From: a virus
Taxonomy: Duplodnaviria; Heunggongvirae; Uroviricota; Caudoviricetes
Length of the DNA stretch: 64,000 bases
Direction: 5' to 3' (one strand)
Virus record (IMG/VR): IMGVR_UViG_2724679058_000003
Shown here: positions 41,657 through 57,045 of the stretch, piece by piece
How positions within the stretch are numbered: the first letter of the stretch is position 1
Layout: the number at the start of each line of letters is the position of its first letter
The notes under the pieces: model-generated
Database searches by the model: none
The model's input: only the letters and a program-made list of their open reading frames with translations
Told to the model about the DNA's origin: nothing
Translations under genes and position numbers: made by a program

Positions 41657-44600
41657 TTATGCGTATTGTTGGATGACGGCCAGAACGTCCGCCACGTTGT
41701 GTTTTGTCTCGATAATCCACCAGTTACCCGGGAAATCGCTGTTCTTTGCCTTCGCTGGCAGCCAGCGAGCGCCGAATTTCGCCTTGATTGCGTCTTTCGC
41801 ACGGAAAAGAATGCCTTTCATGCCGGACGCCTCCTGAAGCCCAAATACCTCGCCAGCGGCGAATTTTGGTGCGTACATCATCTTCAGGTCGGCGGTGGAT
41901 ACGCGATAATTCAGACCAAGAGACTGAGCTATGCTGGTGGCATCACCCTGTATTGATGATAACTCTTCTTGTTTCTCGTTTCTGGCGGCAATTTCTTCCT
42001 CCGAGATGTTGCCAAGGGCCAGGTTTATCCGATCAGCGTCTGCCTGTTTCTCTTCATCGGTGCGCCCGGAAAGTACCGTGTTAATTCTGTGCAATATCTC
42101 CACATGATTCTTGCGCATGCTGAGTAATTCCGGCGTAACCTCGTTAAGGTCCACCAGCCCAAGGATGGCAAGGTCAGTAAACATTGATACCAGGTTGTAG
42201 GTCATGCGATAGCTGAGTTGGCCATAGGCTGATGGCAACTGCACCGCATCCATTTTATATGCATCCATAAATTTAGAGCCGTCGTTTACGACATCCGCAA
42301 TTGCCGGTGTGATTTTTCCTGTGGTGGCGGCCTCCCTGATTGCTGTTACCCACGATTGAGTCAGCGCGGCGACTGCATGATTCAGATTGGCTTTCCGTTC
42401 TGCTGCAATGCGCGCACTTGCTGCGTCCATTGCCTGCTTGATCTCGTCTTTATTACTGTAAATGCCAATGGTGCCAAGCTGTGCTGTGGTGATCTCATAA
42501 TCTGACGCCCGGAACTCATTGGTACCGAAAATGGCATTGGTGACTTCAAGTTCAGAATCCCCGTTACGAGTAGCCCCCTGGCTTGTTTTTTCCGGCATTC
42601 TGGCGATCGCATCCGCTATTTTCTCCTGAATTGCTTCAGGGGATAGCGTATCTCCGTATGACGCGATTACATCGCCATAATTGGAACCAAACAGTTCAAC
42701 CAGGAATGCTTCTGCCAAACGGACCTGGCGGTTATTCCCTTCCGACATCATACCAAGCACCCATTTTGCAATTGACGACTTCAGCGCTCCGTCACGGCGA
42801 TCCGGATAAACCGCATGCTTCAGTGGATCAGTATAGGTACCAACAAAATCAATGCTGTAGCCTGACTCTGTAGTCTGGATGCCGTACGAGTCAGTGATTT
42901 TGATCATGCCGCGCTGCTGGAAACGGTAGAAATCGTCACAGGAAATGATGTCGTTAATCCCGGCGATGGAGACGCCACCACTGATTTTCTGCATAACAGC
43001 ATCTTCATCGGGAGTTACATCCACCTGTTTATCCAGCGTCTTCACATCCCAGTTACCCGATTTGGTGCCTTTGAAGGTAAAGATGATCTCCACGTCTGCG
43101 CGCTGGCTGTCGAAGTCCAGCGATTTAATGCGAACGATATCACCGGCACAATCGTAGTATTGGCCTACACGCCATGAGCGATCGCCGATAACAAGGAACT
43201 CACTCGCATGGTTAACCAGGTCAGGATCAACATCCAGAATGCCTTTATTTATTGCATCCTCCACCAGCGGGCGCAGGCGTTTGATATCCGTCGCGGCCTT
43301 CTGAGTACGGTTCAATAATTTCTCATAGCGGGAGATGGCTTGAGAGATATTAGCCTTGCGCTGAATGGCGCTTTTCAACGACGCGCGATACTGTGCTAAC
43401 AACGTACGGTCTGTGTGATGGACGCTACCCCAGCGGGCCTTCCAGTCTGCGTTATCAGCTGCTTTGGCCATTACCGCCTGTTTGAATTTAGCTACCTCGG
43501 CGGTGGTCTTTTCAAGTTCCGCTTTGCTTCGCTCTAATTCAGCGGTAAGTACCTCCACATCCTCGCCAGCTGCGTGCTGCGCCTTGATGTAGTTCTGAAG
43601 GTCGATAGTAGCCTGTTCTTTCTGGCGAGCGCGTTGCGCGGCTTTCGCCTTATCCATTTGAACCTGCATCATTGCCAGACGTTCGCCATCATCCTTAGCG
43701 GTATACATCTGCATTTCGATCATATCGTTGGCGTCGGCGTTCTCCATTTCTGACTTATCTGAACGGAGGATATCGGAGATCCAGCCTGCTTTACGCTTCA
43801 GCGTCTTCAGTCGGTATTCATCGAAAGAACCCTTGCCGCAGTAGTAATGAACGCGAACGCTTGCACGGTTGGAGCCAACTCGGGCACCGCGACCGTTACG
43901 CTGTGCGATACTGGCTGGTGTCCATGGCAACGTCAGATGATGGATGTCAGTCGTTCCTCGATGCAGGTTGATACCCACCTCTGCCTTTTTGTTGCAGATG
44001 ATGATCGGAGTCCGGCCCTCCTGGAAGTCGGCTGCAATCTTTTCCAGACCGCCCAACGACATTTCATTTTGCTGCGCGATATAGGCGTCATACAGAGCCA
44101 TTTGCTCGTTGTATTTCGCTATCTGTGCATCTGTTGGTTCATCCGGCAACTCTTTCGGCGGTTTAACAGCTTTCAGTTTCTGACCGGTTTTACCTGCCTC
44201 GGCAACCGTCTGAGCATTCAGGATCCCCACCTTTGAAGGTTCAAGGTTAAGAGCATTGCAGATAATGCGCTTGAGCTTCTGGTGCTGCGTTTTTTCATCG
44301 GTGAAGATGATTTGCTTACCTTCCGGGAAAAACTCCTTCAGCGTGGCGATCAGCTTCGCGTATTTGGGCGTAACGGGGTGAGTGACGGTCTGTTCGTCAA
44401 TGCCAAACCTGGCCAGGCGCTTATTCACTTCCTGCTCGAACGCTTCCGGAACCTGCAACTGAATAAACTCGCCCTTATCTATCAGGGAGTATTGCGATTG
44501 CTGCGTGATAGAATCATCACTGTCGTCGTCTTCGCTGGTGGCTTGTTTAGGCAAACTTTCCGCCAGCTGCTGCACCGCATCGGCGTACTCCGGCAGGAAA

Positions 44601-47600
44601 CGATAGGTGATCCGGCGATAGTACAGGTCCATGTCAGTACATACGCGGTCCATATCCCTGATTATTGAGAAGATCGGACGGGCTTTCTCGTGCTCAATCA
44701 CGCCGTCTTCATTGACCGAGGTCGTTACGCCATTGTTGGCTTTTGCTGCCGCTTCCGCCTGCTGACGCAATTCTTCATACGCCGCCAGTTGTTCTTCAGT
44801 AAGTGGTGCATCCTGCTGGTGTTCGTCCAGCTCCGGGATCTCCACGGTATCCTTAACGTCTTCCGTCCGTTTAGCGTTACCCAGCGATGGAATATACCGC
44901 GCAGCGCATCAAGGTTTTCAAAGCCCACCAGCGCCATTTTTTCTTCAACTTCACCGCTGATTTTCTGTACCGTTTCCAGCCTGGTCTTGCCGAAGAATTT
45001 AACGAAGTCATCAGGACCGTAGATCCCCATCTTCTGCCAGTATTCCTTCGGCAGAACATGAGAAAGCATGTTGTATGCATCGATCGGGGTGTTAACGACT
45101 GGCGTTGCAGTCAGGAGAACCGGCCCGCGCCCGCCATTCTTTTTCATCAGGTACGCGTTTTTAATTGCCATATCCCGCGCCGATTGCGCCACCGCGCTGG
45201 TGGGCAGATAGGCCAGTTGTGACGCTTCGCGACCATTTTTATAGCTATTGCGGTAGTTGTGACCTTCGTCGGCGATCACACTATCGAAGCCCATATCCTC
45301 AAAGTACGGATACTTCTCTGCTTTTTCGGTGCCGGTATCTGAATACTCCGACAATACCCGGCGACGCGCGGCCTCTTTGCGGTGGGAGTCGGAGTCCATT
45401 GCGCTGGCTACGCGCCCGGCGGCAACGAAGTCATAAAGCATATCCTGTGCATGCTCATCTACGGTGTCATCACGTAGCGGAATGCGGGCGTATTGTTCTT
45501 TGGTAAACACGACTGCACGGTAATTTGAGTGCGGGATCGCGTTCATCCGCGCCGTGATAGTGGCTTCATCTGCCAGCTTAAGAGCATCGCGCATAACTGG
45601 AGTGCCATCAGTACCAAGAACTGGTTTACCGTTCTCATCGAGCACCGGCACCTGGCGAATCTGATCGCCATCCATCAGCACATCAAGACCGACGAACAGG
45701 TAGTTACTGAATGCCTCTTCACTCAGGAATTCTTTTGCTTCGTAATACCAGTTTTCCAGCACTGATTTAGGCACTACATACGCAGTACGGGTGGAGCGAC
45801 CGTTCTCATAGTTGAACGCCTCAAGCGCCAGTGCGGTCGTAGTTTTACCCAGCCCGGTGCCGAAGCCCAGGATGCCGCGCCCATCTTCGGACAGTCGGCG
45901 CACCTCGCTATTCTGGTAATCAAATGGCTGACGCTTACCGCTTAATCCCTTCAACCCAAGCGGATCACCAGAGTGTTCATACGGAATATTGCTATTGAAA
46001 ACATCGTTGTATTTGGCAACCAGCTCATCGTAGCGATCGTGCGTCTTGATCCACTTATTGAACTGGTCCTCAAGCAGTGCCATCTGCTCGCGGTAGCCGT
46101 TCGCCGTCGCGCTATCTTTGCCACCAATACGCGCACCATTGAGATACTTTTCCAGCTGTGCCGGGAACCCGGTCGCGTTTTCACCTGATTTACGGTCCCA
46201 CTCGTAGCGGATCTCGCCTGTGTCTTTGTCCTTGCGCTGGACGACACCGTATCGGTGCCCGACGAACAGGCCATCACCACCGTGATAGGTGTCAGAAACC
46301 ATTTCGTCGCCTTCCAGCTGCACTGACTGCACATAGCGCAGATCCGGATAGCCGTTTTCCTGCAAAAATTCCAGAATGACGGAACGGTCGAACCAACGGC
46401 TATTGAGCTTAAACCGGATATTCTCTGCTGGCGTCTTGATGCGCTTCTCTTCGATCGCTGCCAGCTGATTAAGGACGTTGTTCTTTACTGGACCGTCGGG
46501 GAGCGTGGCGAGGAATTCCTGTTTTGGAGCCACTATCTCGTTAATGTCGCCGCTGGTGGCGCGGGCAAACGGAACAATCCCGCCATACGATGAAACCGCA
46601 ATGCCAGGGGTGCTGGCCAATAAATTAAACAACTCGTCATCACTGGCTGGCAGTTCGCCGGTAAACGCAAGGCGGAAATCATCGAGCTGGATTGGATCGC
46701 GAGTGAGATCACTGTAGAGATAACGCAGGGTGTCCTGATAGCTGGTGGAGTCATAACTGGCGCTGGAATCATGCGTAACCAGCTTTCCTGTCAGCTCGTC
46801 AGAAATAGTGCCATCCAGCTTAATTGCACCACGGAAAGCAAACCAGGCGCGCGCACCGCTCCCCGACAATTTCGCTATCGGACCGCGACCGGGGTTACCA
46901 AAACGGTCAATCTCTGCCTGCAAACGGGATACCAGGGAAAGGCGCTGCTGTTCGATTTGTTCAGCACTATGCCCGGCGGCCTTCATATCCTGATATTCAA
47001 TTAACATCCGGCCAATCATCGCCCCGCGATACAAGCGTTCACGGTATTTTTCAGGCTGGCTGTTAATCCAGTCCACCAGCTGCACCATATCGTCGCTGAT
47101 TGATGTGGTGTACTTATCGCGGACATTTGCCATCTGGGTAAATGTCATACCGAGACGACCTTCTGTTGTAGTCAGGTTACGCTGAAGAGCCTCCCAGCTG
47201 TCCGCGCCATAACTGGCAACATCAATCTTCAGCTCCTTCCCGGCATCAGATTCAATCCAGCGACCACCAGCATATTTTTGCCATACGCCATTAATCAGGC
47301 GCATTTCCCCTTCATCAACAACGTCTGCGGTCGGTGACGGTTCAGCCATATCGAGCAAAGACCAGTCGATACGACTTTCGAAACGATGAATCAGCTTCGC
47401 TTTAAGAGCCTGGTTATCAATCTGCCCGTCGGCACGAACCTCAATACGCCCCTGGAATCCCTTCTCCTGGGTGCCATGAACAAACCGGCGGCCGTCCTTT
47501 TCAAACCACTTGCCAGAAATAAACGTTGGCCAAAGCACATTTGCCAATTCAAGAGTGCTCTCATCCACCAGGGGGATTTTCTCAGCCATCTCTGCCGGAT

Positions 47601-48423
47601 GTTTGCGCATCAGCACCACATCTACGACCGTACTGGTCCCGTTTGCGTCAAAAGTACCGGTAGGCAAGCGGTGGGCACCAAGAAATTCAGCTTTCCGTGA
47701 TAGGCGCAGGCGTAACCGCTTCATGTTTGAACCTGAAACAATGGACGGCGGCACAATCACGCACATGAATCCGCCTGGCTTTATCTTGTCCAGCATGCGG
47801 AGCATGAAGTAAGAACCCATGTCCGTTTCTTCTGCGTAAGGCTTATCGATATTGCGTGTGTTATCACGACCACCGAACGGAACGTTACCCACAACATGGT
47901 CGAATGAATCGTTAGGCGTGCTTACAGCCAGCTGTTCGAACGGGGAAATCTGTACGCTGTCTTCCGGGTGTAACAGCTGGTTTATACGACCGGAAACACT
48001 GCTGATCTCAGTCGCGGTCATCACCGTACCAACCGGTTTTGTCTCATTAAAAACGCCGGTGCCCGCCGATGGTTCCAGAGTGTTACCTACGTCCGCGCCA
48101 TAGAGCTTCATGATCTCCCAGACGCCTTCAGCGATAGGCTTTGGTGTGTAATATTCGGAGACGGACCCGCCAATGCCGCCTTCGCCGGTGTACCCAGCCA
48201 GGATCTGGCGCTGTTCATCTGTCAGTGTCGCGCCGTCCACCAGCGAATTAAGCAAATCTATCGCCTTCTGATTCGCCTCCCGGCGCAGCCGGTCATAGCT
48301 TTTGCCTTCCACCTTTTCCACGCCGTATCTAATCGGCGCTCGGTGAGATGTTATTGCCCTAATATATTTCAATATTTCGCTGACACTTGAACAGCGAAAT
48401 ACCCCCATAGATAGCTTGTTCAT
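41657..48423 (-). CDS. darB: DarB-like antirestriction protein: N6-adenine methyltransferase plus SF2 helicase; frame discontinuity near 44850-44910
   Basis: ORF 44725..48423 (EPSAGTGVF, NVPFGG MTase; GFGTGLGKTT, ADEGHNYRN helicase) and ORF 41657..44845 (QRNGRGARVG helicase motif VI); total 6767 nt, one short of 2256 codons. Confidence 0.8.
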
Positions 48424-48489
48424 TGGTAATCCTTAACAAGTGACTAGTGTTAAATTCCGTTCAAACACGATGCGAATTATTCTAATTAA

Positions 48490-51220
<2,731 letters not shown>

Positions 51221-51511
51221 CCACCAAAAATAACCCCGGCGGCTGCCGGGGTTATCGTTAACTATTATCGCCTTCGTCTGCGTGCCATATATTTGCGCAC
51301 CGCGCGACGTGGGCAATCTGAAGCGGTTTCTTTCTGCTGCATCAATCTTGCAGCCATGCTCAAAAATGTCAGGCACAGCCGAAGCCCGGCATATAATAGC
51401 GGTTCCAGTGGCCACGTCTCATTGAGCACATATACCGCCATGAAAATCGAGTCAAAAACTATCGCCGCCAGCGATAACTTCATTGTCGAAAGTCGGCGGA
51501 GCTGCCGGAGT

Positions 51512-52069
51512 TTATTCATTGACAAGCCCCGTCAGGCAAAGCTGGCGTTCTTCTTCACGGCGAATCTTTAACCCGGGCAGGGGGACGCCGTTACTGTTCA
51601 CAAAATCAGGGAGATGGTTACACATATTCACCCATTCCCCTTTCTGCGCCCACTTGTGGATGGACGTTTCGACTCGCATGCCTCGCGCTTTGCTGTAGTA
51701 GGTCCGTAAACTATTGCATCCCATATTGAATGCCGCGCTTGTCATTGCGCTGAAGGCATTATCGGGCATGTCTTTGCCCCGGAAGTGCTGGTTAATACAG
51801 CGTTCAGCGATCAGGATATTCTTTTCCCAATCAGCGGCGATTTGCTGGTCGGTTTTTCGCACGCCAGGCGTTACCCCGTGTGTATTACCGATCCCGTCGG
51901 TCCATACACCCGCCGGGCACTTGTATGGATCACGTCGGCAACCTTCAGCGTTTCCGATAAGCTCAAGCCCCGCCTGGTTGGTTCGCACATTGCCATTATC
52001 CATCACGATGGTAATCATCATCGCGATAGCGCAAATTGCACCGCCTCCTGCGGCTGTTTTTCCCTTCAT
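51512..52069 (-). CDS. lyz: SAR endolysin (T4-lysozyme fold)
   Basis: Start MKGKTAAGGGAICAIAMMITIV (signal-anchor-release segment) inside ORF 51512..52168; GVWTDGIGNTHG catalytic region. Confidence 0.9.
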   Translation of the reverse strand: MKGKTAAGGGAICAIAMMITIVMDNGNVRTNQAGLELIGNAEGCRRDPYKCPAGVWTDGIGNTHGVTPGVRKTDQQIAADWEKNILIAERCINQHFRGKDMPDNAFSAMTSAAFNMGCNSLRTYYSKARGMRVETSIHKWAQKGEWVNMCNHLPDFVNSNGVPLPGLKIRREEERQLCLTGLVNE

Positions 52070-52202
52070 AAAGACCTCATAAGCGAATTTTTTACGCTCC
52101 AGGACAAACACCCATTCACAGCCAATACCGACTGACTCGATCCCTTTAGAAGGCACAGGATAATGCAAATCACTTGTTAGCTACGTTTCAAAGATATACA
52201 TT

Positions 52203-52219
52203 ATTGCTCTAATTAATTT
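52203..52219 (+). promoter_or_regulatory. C1 operator between lyz and ssb
   Basis: ATTGCTCTAATTAATTT. Confidence 0.6.
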
Positions 52220-52238
52220 ATTTTATTAGGTAAGATAA

Positions 52239-52727
52239 GTGGCACAACGCGGTGTAAACAAAGTCATCCTGATTGGTACCCTGGGGCAAGACCCGGAGAT
52301 CAGGTATATACCAAATGGCGGAGCGGTCGGAAGACTCAGCATCGCAACGAATGAATCATGGCGCGACAAGCAAACGGGCCAACAGAAAGAGCAAACAGAA
52401 TGGCATAAAGTCGTTTTGTTCGGAAAACTTGCTGAAATTGCGAGTGAGTATTTACGAAAAGGTTCTCAGGTCTACATCGAAGGGAAACTTAAAACCCGTA
52501 AGTGGACAGATGACGCCGGTGTAGAACGTTACACGACGGAAATTATCGTCAGCCAGGGCGGCACCATGCAAATGATCGGCGCTCGCCGCGACGATTCACA
52601 GTCCTCAAATGGCTGGGGGCAGTCAAACCAACCTCAAAACCACCAGCAATACAGCGGTGGCGGCAAACCTCAGAGCAGCGCCAATAACGAACCTCCAATG
52701 GACTTTGAAGACGATATTCCGTTTTAG
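52239..52727 (+). CDS. ssb: Single-stranded DNA-binding protein
   Basis: GTG start; [20 protein letters not shown]...; C-terminal DDIPF tail. Confidence 0.9.
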   Translation: MAQRGVNKVILIGTLGQDPEIRYIPNGGAVGRLSIATNESWRDKQTGQQKEQTEWHKVVLFGKLAEIASEYLRKGSQVYIEGKLKTRKWTDDAGVERYTTEIIVSQGGTMQMIGARRDDSQSSNGWGQSNQPQNHQQYSGGGKPQSSANNEPPMDFEDDIPF

Positions 52728-52809
52728 AGTTTATGAGTAAAAAACGACTGAAAGAAAAGCGGTGGTCCAAACGCCAACAAAAGCACGAACTCGCTAAAAA
52801 ACGCCAAAG

Positions 52810-53718
52810 TTGGCAATGGAACGCGCTTTTCACGAAAAGAACACCCCGAGATATTGCTTTCGCTGGTGGGAAAACATTCCTGACCCACCTGAAGGCGCAA
52901 TACATCAGTTTTTAAGCAGAGAAAAGACTATGGCAGCACAAAATACTAAAGCAATTCAATACCGCCTGCGTAATGGCCAGAGTGTCGAAGTGACCATCAA
53001 TAATGATGGTGTACCTGGCGAAAAGGTTTCTATCTCCGATCTGGCTATCGAAAAAACCATCATGTGCCACCTTGGCTTTACTGAAGAAGTGAGCAAAAAG
53101 CATGGTGTAGCAATCTGGAGCGCAATGGATACTGGTATGCGCAAATTCATTACTGCTCGCACCCCAGGGATGACCATGATGGACCTCATGCAGATTGCGC
53201 CGCTGTTTGAATGTGAGCCTTTAGATGTATTCAGCAATCCAGCTATCTGCCAGCAGTTATATGGTGAGATGAAACTCGCGGTTACCCCCATTGTGCTGCA
53301 TGAAGGATCGCTTGCTGGCGTGTGGAAAGTGGAGCGTATTTCAAGCTACATGCCTTTCCATGTCAACGGCGTAATCACTGGTGAAAATCAACCTGTTTCC
53401 GTTATAAAGTCAGACCTCAAGCGCGCAATTCTTGAAGCAAGTTGTCGAGTTGTCGGCCTGGGCAAACAGTCTTATGTTTCCTTCCCGGCTGGCCCTGAAG
53501 GCCCGGCAGAAATTCTGATTATGGATGCCGATCTGCTATGGCAAATACAGTTTCTGATTGGCAAAAGCATCATCCGCGCTGAAGAACTCGATCAGTACAT
53601 TACCTGCACGATGACGGATGAAGTCAAAAGTGTGGCTATAGCCAATGCCCGGAACCTATGTCGTGCTGCATTAACAGAACTGCAAGAAAACACCACGGAA
53701 GAAGTGGAAAGCGATTAA
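52810..53718 (+). CDS. Hypothetical protein
   Basis: ORF 302 aa; start may be Met 52930. Confidence 0.45.
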   Translation: MAMERAFHEKNTPRYCFRWWENIPDPPEGAIHQFLSREKTMAAQNTKAIQYRLRNGQSVEVTINNDGVPGEKVSISDLAIEKTIMCHLGFTEEVSKKHGVAIWSAMDTGMRKFITARTPGMTMMDLMQIAPLFECEPLDVFSNPAICQQLYGEMKLAVTPIVLHEGSLAGVWKVERISSYMPFHVNGVITGENQPVSVIKSDLKRAILEASCRVVGLGKQSYVSFPAGPEGPAEILIMDADLLWQIQFLIGKSIIRAEELDQYITCTMTDEVKSVAIANARNLCRAALTELQENTTEEVESD

Positions 53719-53747
53719 AAAAAATCCCGCCGACTGGCGGGATTTCT
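53717..53747. terminator. Bidirectional rho-independent terminator
   Basis: A-tract, TCCCGCC-GACT-GGCGGGA hairpin, T-tract between convergent genes. Confidence 0.6.
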
Positions 53748-54056
53748 TCAATATACGATCTGGTCTACATGATCACCAAAATCATCGTCGTCGTCCTCAT
53801 CGCCACCATCTACTGCTGGCCAATCAACAAACCAGCCAGCGTAAAGATGCAGCGTTCGGAGAACATCACTTGCGGGAGCATCAAGGGTGTTAACGAATCC
53901 CATATAGCTATTGGGATTTGCCCCAGCTATGGCTTCAGCGATCATGTCCTCGGTAATGTCACCGGAGATAATGCTTAAACGCCCGGAAACTTCTTCATTA
54001 TCATCAAATTCGATAATGGCATCTCCACCTAATGGCGCTGCGATTTTAATCTGCAT
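53748..54056 (-). CDS. Acidic hypothetical protein, last gene of darA-type operon
   Basis: ORF 102 aa, overlaps upstream gene by 11 nt. Confidence 0.4.
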   Translation of the reverse strand: MQIKIAAPLGGDAIIEFDDNEEVSGRLSIISGDITEDMIAEAIAGANPNSYMGFVNTLDAPASDVLRTLHLYAGWFVDWPAVDGGDEDDDDDFGDHVDQIVY

Positions 54057-57033
54057 TATTTAGCTCCTTTGCCACACCTAATAACAGTTCCAGCAATCCG
54101 TCACCATTCATCAGTGATGCGGCAGCGGCCTCTTTGTCATGATACAACTGAAGAGCCATAGAGAATACTTCCGTTGCTGACGTTTTGGAAATAGTCGGTG
54201 ATTTCTGCCGAATTTTCCCGGTGTTACTTACTGAGGCTGGCGGGTATACCTTCGCCATATAAATATTACTCAATCGAGATCTGAAGCACCATTCAGGCTT
54301 GCCACGCCCACCGATATTGACGAAAGATGGCTTATCCCCTTCAACATTGGCCTTCAGGAATGACCGGGCTTTCTCTAACAAACCAGGGTTACTGTACTCA
54401 AGATGATGACCCAGCTCGTGCCACAGTGCACTTGCATTTTCATCGTTCAAATTGACAGCAACAACACCATTAAGATTTGCATATGCCCTTCCCTGGTGGT
54501 GAACTACCTTTGATAAGGTCGATATTTTCCCGCCGGTCAGGCGATAAATATCAGCAAGTTCCTTGCGCAGGTCTATCCCACCATTCTGTCCAGCGCGGGC
54601 TTCTTCCACTTCTTCTGTGATAAAAGAGTCGGCCCACTCAAGAGCTTTTTCTTCAGATACGGATGAGTTTGCGATCGCACTGTTCATGGCAGATAACACT
54701 TTCTCGTGGACCGAACCCATACTTCGCTGATTCATTTGCCAGCGTATCTGCGGGTTATATGAGAATCGCTTAAGTAGTTGGTCAAGCTGCTCAAGTTCTT
54801 CTTCACTGACATACTTTTTAGCCTCACCAATAATGCCAGGGAGAATATTGCCGTTAGGATTAAACGCTCGCGAAAGGAAGAGTTTCAGCGCCCCCATGCC
54901 CTCCGATGCTTCAATATCACCAATAACCCGGTTAACAATGGCCGCACTCTTCGGATTAGCATCCGCCAACGCTCTGGCTACGATTTGCAGGGACGATACG
55001 ACCTCACGCTGCATATCCGTCCTGATCTCATCAATATACTCTGGCGTTATGCCGTGCTCTTTAAGGATATCCCTGCCTTCCGCCGTTACCCCATCGATAT
55101 CACCGACATGTTTATTAACCCGACTTTGCAATGCCTTAAATGCCTTCAGAATTCCACGGGCATCATCCGCTTTACTAACGGCCTTCCTGAATGCTGGCAA
55201 GAAGTCTGAGTTAACCTCATTTTGTTGATCGGCCCACTGAATGGAGGCTTCTTTCATCTCGTCCAGAGTCAGATCACCCAACGCGGTATGGTCTGTGAAT
55301 ATGAGCGACAACCTCTGAATCATTTCTGCCAATGGTGATGCCGAATGCGCCGCGCTAAGGAATGCTTTCACCCTGGTTGGGCGAATGGAAAACCAGTCAA
55401 TAGCTGGTGGCATATCTCCGTTTTTTATCGCCTGCGCTATCTCATCAAAGCCGTCGCGCCCAAGGGAGGATGCGTGATTTAACAATCCGCGAAGTAACGA
55501 ATTGCTGATACCGAATAATCGGCACCATTTATTCACGTCGGCAACAGGAATTCGAACAAAATGCGCAAGCACTTGTACAAGCTGTTCATCCTGGGGATCT
55601 GTACGGGAAAGCAGCCTGATCAGATGAATAATGTCTTTGATGCCGGATGCCCGATGTAATAGCAAACTGGTATATGGAGCAACACCGTTGTAACTACCGC
55701 CGGAAACGGACTCGAAAAGACCGCCGGATATCCCTTGCATGCCTTCGTTTTCCAGTTCCTGAGACACCTGGCGAAGGATATCCTGTAACGACACATCACC
55801 ACCGCCAAACATATCCCCCAGCGCCTGGCCCTGGTGCTGTAACTCATCATTGATACGTTGAGCCATCAATTTAAAGGCGGTGGCCATACGCTTCGCGCTA
55901 CGGTTATTCGCGACGATGAACAACGCGAGAGCTTTCACTTCCGGGGCTGTTTCGCTGAACATATCCCCCTGAGCAATAACATCGGTAATATGTTGGCCTG
56001 ACTCCTTCGATTGCCTTACCAGGTCTACCGCATCTTTCAATGCCGCCAGCGCCTTTTTATCGAGACTATCCGCTGTCTCAATACCATCAACAATAGTTGT
56101 CACAGCCTGCTTGTGCGCTTCTCCTGATAAAGCCTGCATCTGGACAAAATCATTGGCTGCCGCATTAAGCGCCGTCAGAACATTACGCATATCCGGATCA
56201 GGTTCTTCTGCAACCATTCTTACCAGGCGCGCATCCTTATATGCCTTGGCAAAGATCGCGTTTTGTATACGGTCAACAAGTTGCCGTGTTGGTCGCCCAT
56301 CTTCCGTTACAAGGCCAGCAGCCTGTGTGGCACCAACTTGCGTCATGAATCCGCGAATAAACGCGTCATTACTGCGGCTAAGCAGATCTCCGCTTTCTGA
56401 TGGGTTAAACAGCGCCATCATCGCCGGAGTTATGCTGTCGGCATCAACAAAAGCCTTTTCACTGGCTGCCATTTCCTGGAGATCAGAAATATTTGAGTCC
56501 TTGGCAAACTGAACACGGTCAACCTTCGTTAACCGGCGGCGCACCAGTACCGGAGCCGTCATTGATTCAACCTTTTCAGGTCGTATTCCGAATTCGGTCG
56601 CATGTTCAATCAGGTATTCACGATACCGATCCGCATTGCCGTCCTGATAGGCTTTGATGATCCCCATGGTCCGTCCATTACCTGACTCAACGGCATTGTC
56701 CTCACCAATTATCGGCGCACCATGGCTGGATAAACCGGAATCAGTAAGCTGAGCTGGCCGCAAATCTTTGGATATCTGGTTAACCTGAAGAAGGCTGGAT
56801 GCGCGGGTCCGGTCGCGCGGCTGAAGTTCCTGGGGATAGTCAGGATTAATTTTCCCATCCAGAGTATTGGATACCAAAAGAGCTGAGGCATCGACGATAT
56901 CAAACGCTGTTTTTACCTCGTCTCCCTTCGCTGTCACCACATACGAAACCCGCCCATAATCGGGCAGGTTCTTTAGCAGCTCGATCAGCGTTTCTATGCT
57001 GGTGGCCATTACCACCTGATCGCTTAAGCTCAT
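54046..57033 (-). CDS. ddrB: Large DdrB-like virion/antirestriction protein with HExxH motif
   Basis: ORF 995 aa; LWHELGHHLE near C-terminus; position after ddrA-like gene. Confidence 0.55.
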   Translation of the reverse strand: MSLSDQVVMATSIETLIELLKNLPDYGRVSYVVTAKGDEVKTAFDIVDASALLVSNTLDGKINPDYPQELQPRDRTRASSLLQVNQISKDLRPAQLTDSGLSSHGAPIIGEDNAVESGNGRTMGIIKAYQDGNADRYREYLIEHATEFGIRPEKVESMTAPVLVRRRLTKVDRVQFAKDSNISDLQEMAASEKAFVDADSITPAMMALFNPSESGDLLSRSNDAFIRGFMTQVGATQAAGLVTEDGRPTRQLVDRIQNAIFAKAYKDARLVRMVAEEPDPDMRNVLTALNAAANDFVQMQALSGEAHKQAVTTIVDGIETADSLDKKALAALKDAVDLVRQSKESGQHITDVIAQGDMFSETAPEVKALALFIVANNRSAKRMATAFKLMAQRINDELQHQGQALGDMFGGGDVSLQDILRQVSQELENEGMQGISGGLFESVSGGSYNGVAPYTSLLLHRASGIKDIIHLIRLLSRTDPQDEQLVQVLAHFVRIPVADVNKWCRLFGISNSLLRGLLNHASSLGRDGFDEIAQAIKNGDMPPAIDWFSIRPTRVKAFLSAAHSASPLAEMIQRLSLIFTDHTALGDLTLDEMKEASIQWADQQNEVNSDFLPAFRKAVSKADDARGILKAFKALQSRVNKHVGDIDGVTAEGRDILKEHGITPEYIDEIRTDMQREVVSSLQIVARALADANPKSAAIVNRVIGDIEASEGMGALKLFLSRAFNPNGNILPGIIGEAKKYVSEEELEQLDQLLKRFSYNPQIRWQMNQRSMGSVHEKVLSAMNSAIANSSVSEEKALEWADSFITEEVEEARAGQNGGIDLRKELADIYRLTGGKISTLSKVVHHQGRAYANLNGVVAVNLNDENASALWHELGHHLEYSNPGLLEKARSFLKANVEGDKPSFVNIGGRGKPEWCFRSRLSNIYMAKVYPPASVSNTGKIRQKSPTISKTSATEVFSMALQLYHDKEAAAASLMNGDGLLELLLGVAKELNNAD

Positions 57034-57045
57034 CCCTGTTACGCC

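Noticed and set aside
44877-48103. Short plus-strand ORFs inside darB (e.g. 44887..45222, 45165..45506, 46158..46379)
   Set aside because: All antisense to a continuous, motif-rich 2255-codon gene; Arg/Pro-rich translations typical of GC-rich antisense frames.
52733-52915. ORF 52733..52915, 60-aa basic protein
   Set aside because: Overlaps the 5' end of the 302-aa ORF in another frame with no RBS seen; possibly a leader peptide but unsupported.
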